Part shown: piece after piece, positions 1 to 12,372 of the stretch
Position numbering within the stretch: the stretch's first letter is position 1
Layout of the letters: each line of letters begins with the position of its first letter
NCBI RefSeq assembly: GCF_006345805.1
Contig: NC_042997.1
Location: 102,176,001-102,240,000, forward strand
Source of the DNA: Octopus sinensis
Taxonomy: Eukaryota
Reading direction: 5' to 3'
Length of the DNA stretch: 64,000 nucleotides
Notes under the pieces: model-generated
Told to the model about the DNA's origin: nothing
The model's database searches: none
The model's input: only the letters and a program-made list of their open reading frames with translations
Made by a program: the position numbers and the translations under genes

Positions 1-226
1 TCAAATGTAAATAATGTAAATAATGATAAATTCAGTCTGAGTGGACAATGATCAGTGCTCCTAAGGGACTCTTAGGACCCGAATGATTTTATCAGTTTGA
101 TGACGAAAATGAAAATATTAAAATGGTTCTAAATTTGAAGATAATTGGTACCCTTTACCTTCAAATAAAAAGCTGCTGTTAGTAGGTTAACTCAGTTGGG
201 TGCTGTGTTTATGACAAAAGAATATG

Positions 227-450
227 CAGCAATCCCTCGACTATTGCGGGTGTTACGTTCCCCCTAAAACCCCACGATAGGTGAAAATCCGTGAAGTAGA
301 AACAGTACTGTACTGTATATTTTTGAAATTATTTTTATAATTTCTATATATTTATCTTTTTATAAATGCAAAACAACACTACAGAGGAATCGACGTAAGC
401 TTAAATAATAAACAGCGATAGGTGAACCGTGATATGGCGAGGGATTAGTG
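227..450 (+). mobile_element. Tc1/mariner-superfamily (pogo/Tigger-like) MITE, copy 1
   Basis: Termini CAGCAATCCCTCG...CGAGGGATTAGTG form an imperfect TIR; followed by TA; a similar copy lies in the opposite orientation at 5433-5648. Confidence 0.8.
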
Positions 451-599
451 TATCCATTAAAGTGTGGAATTCTTTGTATGTTATTTTCGGAGGAAGATGT
501 TTACATTCAGTTTTACAGAAGTCGTTATTTAGACTTAAAAAAATATAAATATACCATAAAAACAAACATTTGTATCAACCAGAAATGATTAGTTGGACC

Positions 600-1950
600 G
601 ACTGAATGCTAACGCTTGGATGATGCTTGTTTAATTTCCAAAAGCCAAAGAGAATCTTGCCTGTCTTCTTCACAATCCGGTCGCTGTGTTTATAGAAGGA
701 ACATACAGAGATTTATTAAGTCTCCATAATCAGTTCAAAGACTTTTATGCAGTATCTATCCTTGCGTAGAACTTCCAGACAAAAAAAAATCCATGTTAAA
801 ATAATCATGCATATTTATAATTTGCATACTAATACCAAATATTTCTTCATATTTACAAATTATCAACACTTCAACGAATGAAATTTTTTTTTAATGTTAT
901 TTATATATAAACGGGACTTGTGTTTCTTTGTGATAGGAAAAATAGAATAGATTCTTTTTCCCCCAACCTTAAGGTATTCAGGATAAACAATTGTATTAGT
1001 GGAAAAGATATTGTGGTACACGTTGCTGATGGAGACCAGTTTGCAATTGGAATCAACTACCATTAAAATTGCTGCATTGGATTCACCCACCGACACCATG
1101 ATCGTAAGCAGGGTCCAAAGCTCAACAAACATTGATCTTGAAGCAACAGTGGGAAATGAGCTGTTGCAAGTCATCAAAAAAGTTGCTGCAAGGCACAAAA
1201 TTATTGCACTGAAAGATTCGATATTTATGTTGAAAGAAAGATGGGAGTAAAAGGATATCTAGATGTCTGTGAATCAAATTCGTTTGAAAGAAAGAATGTG
1301 TGAACACCTTCTAGTTACGAGTAGAAAATAGATTCTGTCATAGTGTTCATTTGTTCAGAGACAGTCATAAATATTAGTTCAGATGGCTATCTGTCACGTT
1401 ATTACTTGCAGCATCAGTTCTACGTAAAGCAATTCTAAAGCAATGCAATTTTATACATTCAAGTGGTCATTTCCAAGTTGTTGTGAAGAGTCAGCTGTTT
1501 CTATATAACTGAAGCAGTTTCCTTCTGTTAGCTGCTTGTGTGGCCTAAACCACCTCACACTGGAAAAATTTTAGGGAGGGTCCTCTCTGTAAGTCAAAAT
1601 AGCTATGCTGAATATGATTTCTTTTGTAAACTTTAAGCATAAATCACACTTTTTGCGGTGTGTTTAAGCCTGAAAGAATACCCCCAAAGATCAAGAATCT
1701 GGTAAATTATTAACCGTTTGAATGTGTCATATAAGAGGAGCTTTATTATAAATTTTCACGGACTATTACTGAGCAAACTAAAGTTAACTGATATTGTCTG
1801 TTTTCTCTAATAATGATTTGCCTTCACTATTGAATGGTCTTGATCATAACATTACATTTAGAGAAACACATCATTTTCCCGTGAAAATGGAATTTCATAT
1901 TTTTTAGTTGACATCATTAGAAAAGGTTAGATTTGATTTGGATTAAGTAT
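600..1950 (+). pseudogene. Possible upstream part of the decayed Academ transposase ORF
   Basis: Coding-like + frame at 999-1250 (…IKIAALDSPTDTMIVSRVQ…NELLQVIKKVAARHKI), same strand as and upstream of the Academ XPG region once the SINE and LINE insertions are removed; no diagnostic motif recognised. Confidence 0.3.
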
Positions 1951-2001
1951 CTATGAAATTGACTTCCAAATGAGTGAGTCAAGCGATACTGGATTTATTC
2001 T

Positions 2002-2418
2002 TATTTCTTTATTGCCCACAAGGGGCTAAAAATAGAGGGGACAAACAAGGACAGACAAAGGGATAAAGTCGATTACATCGACCCCAGTGCATAACTGATA
2101 CTTAATTTATCGACCCCGAAAGGATGAACGGCAAAGTCGACCTCGGCGGAATTTGAACTCAGAACGTAACGACAGACGAAATACCTATTTCTTTACTACC
2201 CACAAGGGGCTAAACACAGAGGGGACAAACAAGGACAGACAAACGGATTAAGTCGATTATATCGACCCCATTGCGTTACTGGTACTTATTTAATCGACCC
2301 CGAAAGGATGTAAGGCAAAGTCGACCTCGGTGGAATGTGAACTTAGAACGTAACGGCAGACGAAATACCGCTAAGCATTTCGCCTGGCGTGCTAACGATT
2401 CTGCCAGCTCGCCTCCCT
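2002..2418 (-). mobile_element. tRNA-derived SINE family A, head-to-tail dimer
   Basis: A box TGGCAGAATCG; B-box-like GTTCA(A/C)ATTCC; central GACTTTGCCTT(T)CATCCTTTCGGGGTCGAT domain present twice; TSD tactg(g)atttattct at 1987-2001 and 2419-2432. Confidence 0.9.
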
Positions 2419-2499
2419 TACTGATTTATTCTATCATCCTGTTTGTTCGCCTCTGTGTGGCAATAAAATTTTATAATTCAACTTCTAGTAGAATATCTA

Positions 2500-4010
2500 A
2501 GATCAATTACCTTGAGTTCATTTGATAAGAAACGCGAATATGTAAAGCGAAGATAGCAAACTGAACAACATGAGGTTATCGAAGATAACCATTCTAGCAA
2601 CAGCACAAAAAGGCATTTAAACTGGTTAAAAAACTCCTCCAAAGATATAAACATACAGTAAATACCATGATAAATAATCATGCAAACATGATGAAAAAGA
2701 AATACTGGAAAGGAGGACAGAAATGCTCAAAGCTGTATGTATGACCAGAGCTGTAGAGATCTAATTGTGCTGAGCTTACAGGAATTTTCAAATGACAATG
2801 ACTCCCCAGTTATTCAAAATAAAGTTAAAGCTGCGGTAAGGTTCCTGAAGGATGGGAAATCAGTAGGCGTCGACAACATTCCTACTGAGCTACTAATGCA
2901 CACGGGAGAAGCCACAACAGACATCTTTATGGCGATCTGTAATAAAATCTAACAGAATGGAGAATGGCCGATATTCTGGACTGAACCTCTAACTATAATG
3001 CTTTCTAAAAAAAAAAATGGTAATGTACAACAATGTTGGGATTATCGCACTATCAGCAAGATCAGCCATGTAAGCAGAGTAATGTTCAGAGCGATACTAA
3101 ATAGATTGAGTCACCAGGCAGAACACATTACAGCCGAGGAACAAGTAGACTCCTATATAGCTTAAGTACTACTGAGCAGATCAATCTTCGTAGCTTCAGT
3201 GAGAAATATTTCCAACTCCAGAAAGAGCTATACCATGTCTTTATAGATTTTTAAAAAAGAATTTGATAGAGTCTAGCATGATGCTCTTCGAGGCCTTGAA
3301 AAATTCAACATGAAAGAAAAGCTCATACTATTCAACAACTTTATATCAAGCCAACAAAGCACCTTCGGAGAGTGGTTCCATTCTAACTGTTGCATCCTTT
3401 CCCCCACTCCCTTCAACTTCTTGAAGAGGATCATGAACGATACCTTGATGACCATGTCAGCGCAGTCAATATCGGAAATTTGAACATCACAGATCTAAGA
3501 TCTACTGATATAATGATGACGGGTTGGATAGGAAGAATTGAATTAGTCAAGTACCTTGATAGAGCTTCCGCCAAATTTAGGATGGCAATCAGTGCTGGAA
3601 AAACCAAACTCATGACGAATGACAATGATGCCACCTCAACAAATATATCTATAGGAAGACAAACTAGAGATATTGTAACAGCTAAAATATTTGAGAGCAA
3701 TTGTTAATGATAAAGCATCAAGGTCTAAAATCCTCGCAAGAATTATGTTGACAATTATTACACTGAACCAATACGGAGAGATAAGAACATCACTATGAAT
3801 AGCAAAATCAAACTCTTACATTCACTAGCACTTTCCATTTTTCTGTGCGAATTCGAGACATGGACTCTCACGGAAGAAATTTAGAAAAAAATTTGGGTGT
3901 TGGATATTAGATACTATTGCTACGTCTTAGGTATTTCATACTGGAGCCACATCACGAATAAGCGAGTTCGTGAAACAATCCAGTATAACATTAGCTCCCA
4001 TGAAGATCTC
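2500..4010 (+). mobile_element. RTE-clade LINE, decayed reverse transcriptase
   Basis: Translates to VKAAVRFLKDGKSVGVDNIPTELL…ICNKI*QNGEWP…DYRTIS..SHVSRVM…ILNRL…AEEQ, then NITDLR and MAISAGKTKLMT; typical RTE RT with stops and frameshifts. Confidence 0.9.
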
Positions 4011-4199
4011 AAAGAATAAATAAAGAAATAATACACGGTAACGTTTGTTTAGTAGTTTCAAGATTAAAAAAGCTGGCATAACTTTTTGGCAAACACTAAT
4101 TACAAAATCATAGGTTTCAGAAATTATAGAAGACGGTAAGTCTGTTTAAATAACCTCGAATGATTAATTACTCAATGCATGAAATAAAACTCCAATGGG

Positions 4200-4930
4200 A
4201 CAATGCAATCATGGGAAGGAAGATAATGATGATCTAGTAAAGTTTCATAATGCCTAACGATATTCATCTCTTGGGATGGTTCTTATTGGAGACTGATATT
4301 GTAGTCATACATTTCCACCACATAATCCCTGCAAATCTAGAAGTAGAAATCTGTATTTTTTCAATACTGGAAAGGAACCAAAATATCTTTTAAGCGTGTT
4401 ATTTCAGGTTTCAGAACAAACATGCAAAGCAATGGATCTCTTTCATGCTTTCTCTGGATCAAGAAATAGATCGACTTTTAAGTTTAAGAGAAAGCGATAT
4501 AGTTTCATGACTAAACTACCACATCTATCGAAAAATTCACAATTCCCTCTATAGTATGTACATCAGTATAGTTATACATCACTATAACTAAAAGCTGCTC
4601 AGATTCAGTTTTTCTACTGGGTATATTTCAATTAATATCGCACTGATGATGATAATGCCATTGTTCATCTCCTGAGATTGAAGACGTTCTGTAAGAAAAG
4701 AAAAGATATGGAAAGAACATCCCCGATAAGCAATATCTTGGATCAACATCTCAAAAGTAGCGCCTTTGAAGCAAGCATATGAATTACAGCTCATGAGACG
4801 ATGATGAATGTGCAAGAATTTTGCAATAATGGATCGCCTGAGAAAGACGAGAAACTGGTTCCAGCTTCGATACACTATCCATTGAAAACGGCGCTGTCTG
4901 TCTTGACATGAAGTACTCCTGCACGACATG
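4200..4930 (+). mobile_element. Academ (AcademX-type) transposase remnant, XPG-like nuclease region
   Basis: Ordered motifs QCNHGKED (cf. CNHEEAD), ETDIVVI (cf. DTDVVV), FNTGKEPKY, CKAMDLFHAFSGS (cf. FHAFTGCD), RLKTFCKKRKDMERTSPISNILDQHLKSSAFEASI (cf. LPPT..AL.QH..RA.YQA.IW), EKDEKLVP. Confidence 0.75.
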
Positions 4931-5432
4931 TTTATTACGCAAGTATAAAAAACAAAATTGAGATGTACATGTTTGGGTTGCAATATATGTGATAAATTAA
5001 TGTTTTCAAAACAACTAGCATTGATTTTTATTGGTATATTGATCCCAAATTGTAAGACACTATTTTTACAATATATAAAACTATTTATTGCATTTAACAT
5101 CAGTTTTCTCTAAACATTGGTTGTTTGGAATCTTTGATGATCTATGTGTGGGCTATAAAATACATGTATATATTATATAAACTTAGCTTGATGCTACAGT
5201 TGGCATTTTTTCCAATATAATATTGAATTATCTTCAAAACAACCTAATTTTAAAGGATGTACGCTTATATCATAAACAGTATTTTTTAGTTAGAATATTT
5301 GTAAATACGATTGGTCTTCATTTGAAAGCAAATGACGCCAAATATGTTGAGATCAGATCATCAGCTCAACCTTTAAGGCCATATAAATATAGCAACTTAC
5401 CTTGAAAACACGGTCTTCTGCCGTACCCATTA

Positions 5433-5648
5433 CAATAATCCCTCGCCATATCACGGTTCACCTATCGCGGTTTATTATACAAGCTTATGTCGATTCCTCC
5501 ATAGTGTTGTTTTGCATTTATAATAAAATAAATATATAGAAATTATAAAAATAAAAAAATGTAATACAGTACTGTTTTTACTTTGTGGATTTTCACCTAT
5601 TGCGCGGGGTTTTGGAACGTAACGCACGCGATAATCGAGGGAATACTG
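5433..5648 (-). mobile_element. Tc1/mariner-superfamily MITE, copy 2 (inverted relative to copy 1)
   Basis: TA|CAATAATCCCTCG…CGAGGGAATACTG|TA with TA TSD; internal sequence is a diverged reverse complement of 227-450. Confidence 0.85.
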
Positions 5649-5939
5649 TACTGGACTGATAATCGTCCACCCAAGTTTCGGTTCTAATTTAGGTCCTTAC
5701 ATTAATGTGATTCCAAAAAGTAAATTGTTGCATCAATTTGAAATGACTGGTTACTAGGCAATGTCTTCTATGTGAGCTGTAAATGTTGTGGACGTGTAGT
5801 ATGAACAGCTAACAAAGTTATAGCAGATTCATTAAAAAAGATGCAAGACAACTTCTTGTTATTGGCTTTTATTTTGAACGCCTGCATCGCAAGCGTCGTG
5901 TTGTCGTGACCAATTAGTTTTTGAGTATCGTTTCTGGCA

Positions 5940-5953
5940 TGTGTGTGTGTGTG

Positions 5954-5986
<33 letters not shown>

Positions 5987-6025
5987 TGTGTGTGTGGGTG
6001 TGCGTTTGTGCATTTGTGCGCGTGA
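5940..6025. repeat. (GT)n microsatellite
   Basis: Direct reading. Confidence 0.95.
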
Positions 6026-6429
6026 GTGAAAACCGCCACTAAAGTTTGTCATGTCCAAATTTATCAGTGTAATTAGATATTTGAGGTTTCCTGTGTTGCG
6101 GCTATAAAAATCGTATCTTGAACTATAGTGACATTAATGTCGTAAGTGATAACATTTCTAAATGTGTTTCTTTATACCGTTAGTCTTATATTACACTTTT
6201 CTTATTTTGTTATATTTATTTACAATGTTTATTATATTTTAGAACTTAACAAAAGGTTAAATATAATGCAACCTGTGCTGCAGAACTGTAGCATTCACAA
6301 AACGATAATAGTGGGACTTCCTATTTTTTCGCAATAATTGCCATTGTTATAGATTGCGAAATTTTGCAAAATTTCGGCAAATTATATTGTTTGACTGTAT
6401 CTATGAGGTTATTATGATGTCAACCAATA

Positions 6430-6560
6430 TCTATAATAATAAAAGCGAAATTCTGTCTGTCCGTCTGAGACCCCTGGATCTCAGTCTACATTTGCTCTAC
6501 ATAGACATATTATACCTTTTTGAAATCAGAATGGTCCCGGGATTGAAAATCTACCCTTCA
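6430..6560 (+). mobile_element. Possible non-autonomous Helitron 5' end
   Basis: A|TCTATAATAATAAAAGCG…TGTCTGTCCGTCTG resembles Helitron 5' termini; no 3' hairpin/CTRR end identified. Confidence 0.25.
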
Positions 6561-7379
6561 TTCCGTTCTTAAACATCAATCATTGGGATTTAATTTAAAA
6601 GCATTTGGGTTGCTATCCCTTGCAGGCAAAGCTTGGTTGATTCACGCCATCTTGGTTGGCATTTGTCAGATGACATCAGAGATCATTAGCTTCGTTAATT
6701 TTGCGTCGAGATAACAACTTTATGACAAATTGGCCAGCAGTTAGAATTCAATATGGGATTGGAACAATAGAATGATTGCATCACAGAATTTATTCTCATC
6801 CGTCCATAACCTCTGATCAAACACCACCGGGGTCATACAGTCATTATAGATGTATTATAGTCATGCTGTTTAGCTCTCTTTAGTTTTGGGCCCTAGGCCC
6901 AATTAGTTCTCCGCAGGACCTAGGTTAAAAGTCCGTGTAGAGTGCGGCTTTTGAGCTGGTATTTATATAATTTATAAATTTAGTTTAGCAAGAGTCGTCA
7001 CTTTCAGATATCGCCCACTGGACAGCATTTTTCATAACACTTAACCGGTATCGAATTGTCAAGATTAATTTACCCGGTATATGTACCCATTTTTAAAACG
7101 GTTGTGTGATCTGAAAAGAAAATCTGGGTGCTAATTCTAACAGCTAGCACTGCTACATAAGGCTCCCTCATTTGCTCGCAGTGGTTGTTTATATAGACAA
7201 GGTTACAACACTTTTATACAATATGTAAATGTAGAATGCTGTTTTGTACAGCTTCATCTGTTTAGTAATCAGAGTAAATGACTATATACTGAAACTGTTT
7301 GAAATCCCTTTGTAGCTAGGCTTCAGCAGAGTTTTCAACCATCAATCTCTGATTTTCCTATCTCAAGATTATGACTTAC

Positions 7380-8033
7380 CTACCAGACTGCTGTAAAAGG
7401 CAATATGTCGACATAAAAGGCCAAGGAGCATTAGTTGACTTGTTTATAGTTGATGCAGTGAACTTCAAATGAAGTGTACGAATTTTCCTACCAAATAGCT
7501 TGATCGAAAGTTCAAGAAAAGTTTTGTTAGTGATTATATAAGCTGGCGAATTCAACCTCAGAAGGGAGCCATCCAGCAGTCCACACGAAGCTATGCCGCT
7601 TTGTTCACTTAACATGCTTTCGTTGTGTTCGAACTTAAGTTGTAATGTCGAATTACGCACACATTACTTATTGCTGCTGTTTTAACTTTTTCTAGATATC
7701 CCGTCTTCAATAACAATGAACTGCTTTCATAATATTATCTTGCATTAAATTAAATGCATGTACATATGTAAATATAAATGATGCGACTAAATAAAAATAT
7801 ATGGAAACTCAAATATATGATAGTATGGTCATTCTTGTCTTCACACGCAGCTTGCCTAATATTGTGAATTACCAACAAAGAATTAATTATTGAAACCCGT
7901 ATCTAAAACATAATCAGTCCGGCAAGGATGTCCTATATCAGAGTTCTTGTACACGTTGCTATAGATGCTCGGTGTGTTGTAAATAATTTCGCTCAAACGC
8001 AGGACAGCCGAAATTGAAAGCGCCGATATCACA
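7380..8033 (-). other. Candidate host exon (possibly UTR plus coding)
   Basis: Unique sequence bounded on the minus strand by acceptor ttcgttcctttcag (about 8034) and donor AG|GTAAGT (7379-7374); 94-aa open frame 7376-7660; no recognisable protein motif. Confidence 0.25.
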
Positions 8034-8372
8034 CTGAAAGGAACGAAATGGTAAGCAAGAGCACATATAAACCCAAACAGGTCAAACATCTAAAGAAGCA
8101 TGTCTATGTCAGAAGCAATTATTATTACATTGCAAGAAATTATTATTTTCTTATTTTTTATTTTTTATTCGTTTGCATTTGACTCGCGCTGACTATAAAT
8201 ATGAACGCTCCACAATTTTGCTCCATTTTCATTGATTTATCTGAGAAAAATTTAAAATTTTATTCGATAATATTATTAAAAATAACATATCTTTAAAGAA
8301 TATATAACTGTTTTCCCTATCGGCTGCTTTCAGGCGATAAATATTTTATGCAATATCATGTCAAAACATGTC

Positions 8373-8530
8373 AAGGCAGCGAGCTAAGATAATCGTCAGC
8401 ACGCTGGACGGTATTTCGCCCGTCGCTATGTTCTGAGTTCAAATTCCACCGAGGTCGACTTTGCTTTTCATCCTTTCGGGGTCGATGAATTAAGCATCAG
8501 TGAAACACTGAAGTCGATGTAATCGACTTA
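8373..8530 (+). mobile_element. SINE family A, 3'-truncated
   Basis: AAGGCAGCGAGC head, GAGTTCAAATTCC B box, central domain. Confidence 0.85.
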
Positions 8531-8612
8531 ATACCTTTATAAATGGTCATGGTCTCACGTGGTGAAACCATCTAATAACGACTCCGTTCAGAAGGCTTGA
8601 ATGATACATATA

Positions 8613-9280
8613 TAGGGTGCGAGGGGTATTTGAGAACAGTTTTGGTATACAATAAAACAACTATATTTCAGCATAAATAAATATGTATTTGAATAACCAT
8701 TTCTGCAATTAGTCTTCGTAATGATATTTTAAGCAAATTATTCTATGAAACCGCCTTCGGTTTCGATGACTGTTTTGAAGGGATGAGACGGTTTTTCTGT
8801 GTCTTTGCAGACACGATTTGGCCTTTCTTCATTACATAGGACTTGTATCGAATGTCACGATGTACCACAGTTCTGACAGTCCACTCTGACACACGAAGTT
8901 CTTTAGCAATGGATCTCATTGATCTTCTGGGGTTTTCATCGATAATATTTTGAACATGTTGTATAAATTCGGTGTCCTTTAGTGTCTTAGCATTGTGAAT
9001 GCTTTTTCCCCTTTTAATACAGGTGACACATTACCATCACATGCCTCCAATTCCAATCGAACTTTGTGTCCAAATGATCTTGCAACATTTAGAAAGTGAC
9101 TAATTTCTAAATCACTGCGGTTTGTATGCATAGCAACTATGGCTGCATGTCTTTTCATTTCTTGACTTAGCATGATATCTTGAAAGGGTTATCCGAAAAA
9201 AAAAAAAAAAAGATGCACTAAATAATTTGAAGATGTAATGAACTAAAAACAAAATGTCCTCAAATACCCCTCGCATCTCG
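8613..9280 (-). mobile_element. Internally deleted IS630/Tc1/mariner element, maT (DD37D)-like
   Basis: 26-bp TIR (TAGGGTGCGAGGGGTATTTGAGAACA / rc CGAGATGCGAGGGGTATTTGAGGACA); N-terminal MKRHAAIVAMH…EISHFLNVARS, RTPEFIQHVQNIIDENPRRSMRSIAKEL; C-terminal TVIETEGGFIE*; catalytic domain missing. Confidence 0.85.
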
Positions 9281-9845
9281 AAGGAGAGAGACACAACCGA
9301 GTAGAATGTTTGAGAGATACTTTATTGATATGTTAACATGTGTGTCTGTGTCGATTACCTTGAAAATTTTGGTGCAAAGATGATTTTGTTCCAAAATCTT
9401 TAGAAGATATTTTGTAGCAGTTATTATATGTTTTAGTCTGTAAACATCAGCAGTAGTGTACTACAATACAGCAATGTAGAAGAAGAAAGAGAACAACAAC
9501 ATCGAGGGTGAAAGGAAAACTAAGAATAACAACTAAAAACGAGCCTAGTGGCAACGGCAACAACGAAAACAGAAATAAGAAACGAACAACAAGAAGTTTT
9601 CCCAACGCTGTTTTTAATGGAAAAGCCTGCTTGGCGTTGCTAACAAGGAAAAAGTGGCAGTAACAAAAAAATAATAATAATAATAAAACAAAATACCGAC
9701 GAAAGCGAAGAGAGAAGAAAATATTACAGTAACGACAACGCTGCTACTATCTTTAATGTTTGAAGCCAGATATCAGAAACAGCACGAAACGATTCCACTA
9801 CTGCGACGACGATTTGATTGAGTGACAACCATTATGGACAGACAT

Positions 9846-9923
9846 TTTCTGATGACTCTGCTAGACCACAAAACAATACAAGAATTTCTGATGACTCTGC
9901 TAGATCACAAAACAATACAAGAA
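9846..9923 (+). repeat. 39-bp tandem duplication (2 copies, 1 mismatch)
   Basis: tttctgatgactctgctagaYcacaaaacaatacaagaa x2. Confidence 0.95.
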
Positions 9924-10342
9924 TTGTGTCCCATAGAGAGTGCTGAGAGGAAGACATTAAAACTTGGCATTCAGAGCAGAAAGCCTAGCTGCTGCACAAG
10001 TGGTAGCAAAAAGACTTCCAGCTTAGAAGGCTAAAAACAGCAGCAGTAAGAACAACTCTGGTAGATTGCTGGTCCTTAAACACTACTGGGCATAACACTC
10101 AAGTCATTAAACAAAATCGCTCCATTCTCATTAATGAAGATTCTGGAATCGCCAATGTTAAACATGGCAAGCTTAGAAAGTAAAAGTATGACGTATGTAG
10201 TCAGGGAAGTAGGATGTCGTAATCGACGAAGGTGGACTTTTAAATTATATAGGGAGAGTTTACGAAAGAAAACAAAAGACGAAGACAGGTGGTGTACAAA
10301 ACAAACAGATGTATTAGTATAACGCCCAGGAATAGAAAAAGT

Positions 10343-10378
10343 CTTTTACGTTTCGAGCCTACGCTCTTCTACAGAAAG
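10343..10378 (-). ncRNA. Minimal type-I hammerhead ribozyme motif, core-mutated, in a Penelope-type tail fragment
   Basis: Minus strand: cttt CTGTAGA A GAGC-GTAG-GCTC GAAA CGTA AAAG; 4-bp stems I and II; core reads CUGU instead of CUGA. Confidence 0.6.
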
Positions 10379-10569
10379 GGACACAGAAAAAACAAGGAGA
10401 GAAACAAGGAGAGAAAAAAATGTATGTAGTGGCTAACGATCTATATACATTGTTTAAATTATGTGCTTCCAATCGGTTAAGATCAAAAATTGAGCAGAAT
10501 ATTTGTTTTATTGAGCAGAATATTTTCTGTAGCCCATGTTTTATACCAAGATAAAACAATGTACATGAT

Positions 10570-10654
10570 ATTAAGTACCAGTGTAACTCTGGGGTTGATG
10601 TAATCGACTAACCTCTTCCTCCAAACTTCAGGCTTTGTAGCTATAGTAGAATGG

Positions 10655-10709
<55 letters not shown>

Positions 10710-10727
10710 GTAGTAGTAGTAGTAGTA

Positions 10728-10762
<35 letters not shown>

Positions 10763-10788
10763 TAATAATAATAATAATAATAATATTA

Positions 10789-10866
<78 letters not shown>

Positions 10867-11892
10867 TATTATTATTATTATATAAGGCGACGAGTTGACA
10901 GAATCGTTAGGACGCCGGGCAAAATTCTTAGTGTCATTTCGTCCATCTTTACGTTCTGAGTTCAAATTCCGCCGAAGTCAACTTTGCCTTTCATCCTTTC
11001 GGGGTGAATAAAATAAGTATGAGTTGAGTGCTGGGATCAATGTGATCGACTTACCCATTCCCCTAAAATTTCAGGCTTTGTGCCTATAATAAAAAGGATT
11101 ACTATTATTATTATAACTAGAATTATTTCAACTGTCGACTGTTCATTATACCCCGCTGTGAGTATTAAAATCAAAACTAATGTCCTACAGAGAGAGAATC
11201 AATTGTCTCAATCTTCCTCACTTAAAAAAATGATTCTTATATCTGTCTGGTCGATAAAACTGCGCAAATGTCTGTGTATGCAGTTATATACTAAGAATTT
11301 GTAACAGCTAATACTTGGAAATTAATCACCGCGCACTTAATGTAATTTATCTATAAGCAGTTGTTAGTTTTACCTAATTATATCCAATAATGATTTCTGT
11401 AAATACGAGAAGCTGAGAAGGCTTCAATATCTAACCAAACAAGGTTGTTTGGTTAGACATTGGTTAGATAATGAAATTGATTCAGAACTGTTAGAACGTC
11501 GGAAAAGTGCCTTGCGGTACTTCATCCGATCCATTAGCTTCTGAATTCAAATTCCGCTGAGATCGAATCTGCCTTTCATCCTTTCGGGATTGATAAAATA
11601 AAGTACCAGTCAAGTACTAGGGTCGATGTAATCGATTCATCTCTCCCTCTAAAACTGCTGGCCTTTTCTCAAAACTTGAAATCATTACTGGACAGAATAA
11701 CTTAGCGGTATTTTTTCCGGCTTTAGGTTCTTATTTCAAATTCCGCTGAGACCGACTTTGCCTTCCATTTTTTCGAGGTCGATAAAAGAAGTACCCCTCA
11801 AGCACTGGGATCGATGTAATCGACTTATTCCCTCCTCCAAAATTTCAGGTCTTGTGCCTCTAGTAGAAAGGGTTATTATTATTATTATCATT

Positions 11893-11925
<33 letters not shown>

Positions 11926-12117
11926 TAAGGCGGCGAGCTGACAGAATCATTAGCGGTATTTCGTCAGCCGTTACGTTCTGAGTTCAAATTCTGCCGAGGT
12001 CGACTTTGCCTTTCATCCTTTCGGGGTCGATAAATTAAATACAGTTGCGTGTTGGAGTCGATCAAATCGACTGGTCCCCTCCCCCAAATTTGAGGCCTAG
12101 TGCTTCCAGTAGAAAGG

Positions 12118-12174
<57 letters not shown>

Positions 12175-12175
12175 T
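10570..12175 (+). mobile_element. Cluster of about 5 same-orientation SINE family A copies with (ATT)n tails
   Basis: Repeated heads/B boxes at about 10884, 11480, 11690 and 11927; compound (ATT)/(AGT)/(AAT) tract 10657-10883. Confidence 0.85.
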
Positions 12176-12337
12176 TGATATAAGTGCATATGTAGTTTAA
12201 AAACTACAATAATGCTCGAGACAGACAAGTTATCACACAATACAATAAAGAAGATGTATATGTATATTTAAATAGCCACAAAGGTATAAAAAAATATGCA
12301 GGAAAAAAATTCTACTTTTTCCCATAATACCAGAAAC

Positions 12338-12372
12338 TTTAGCAGTCAATTCTTTAAGAATTGACTGCTAAA
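12338..12372. repeat. Perfect 17-bp inverted repeat with 1-nt spacer
   Basis: tttagcagtcaattctt-t-aagaattgactgctaaa. Confidence 0.95.

Noticed and set aside
999-1250. KKVAARH resemblance to type III glutamine synthetase
   Set aside because: Lacks the following HEKPF/NGSGKH motifs; a chance short match.
4588-5100. 170-aa minus-strand ORF as a host exon
   Set aside because: Antisense to the Academ transposase remnant on the plus strand.
9846-9923. CTGATGA in a tandem 39-bp repeat as a hammerhead/retrozyme
   Set aside because: No GAAA box or stem III; a simple duplication.
10884-10975. tRNA genes at A-box/B-box sites
   Set aside because: They are SINE heads followed by SINE bodies; no intact cloverleaf.
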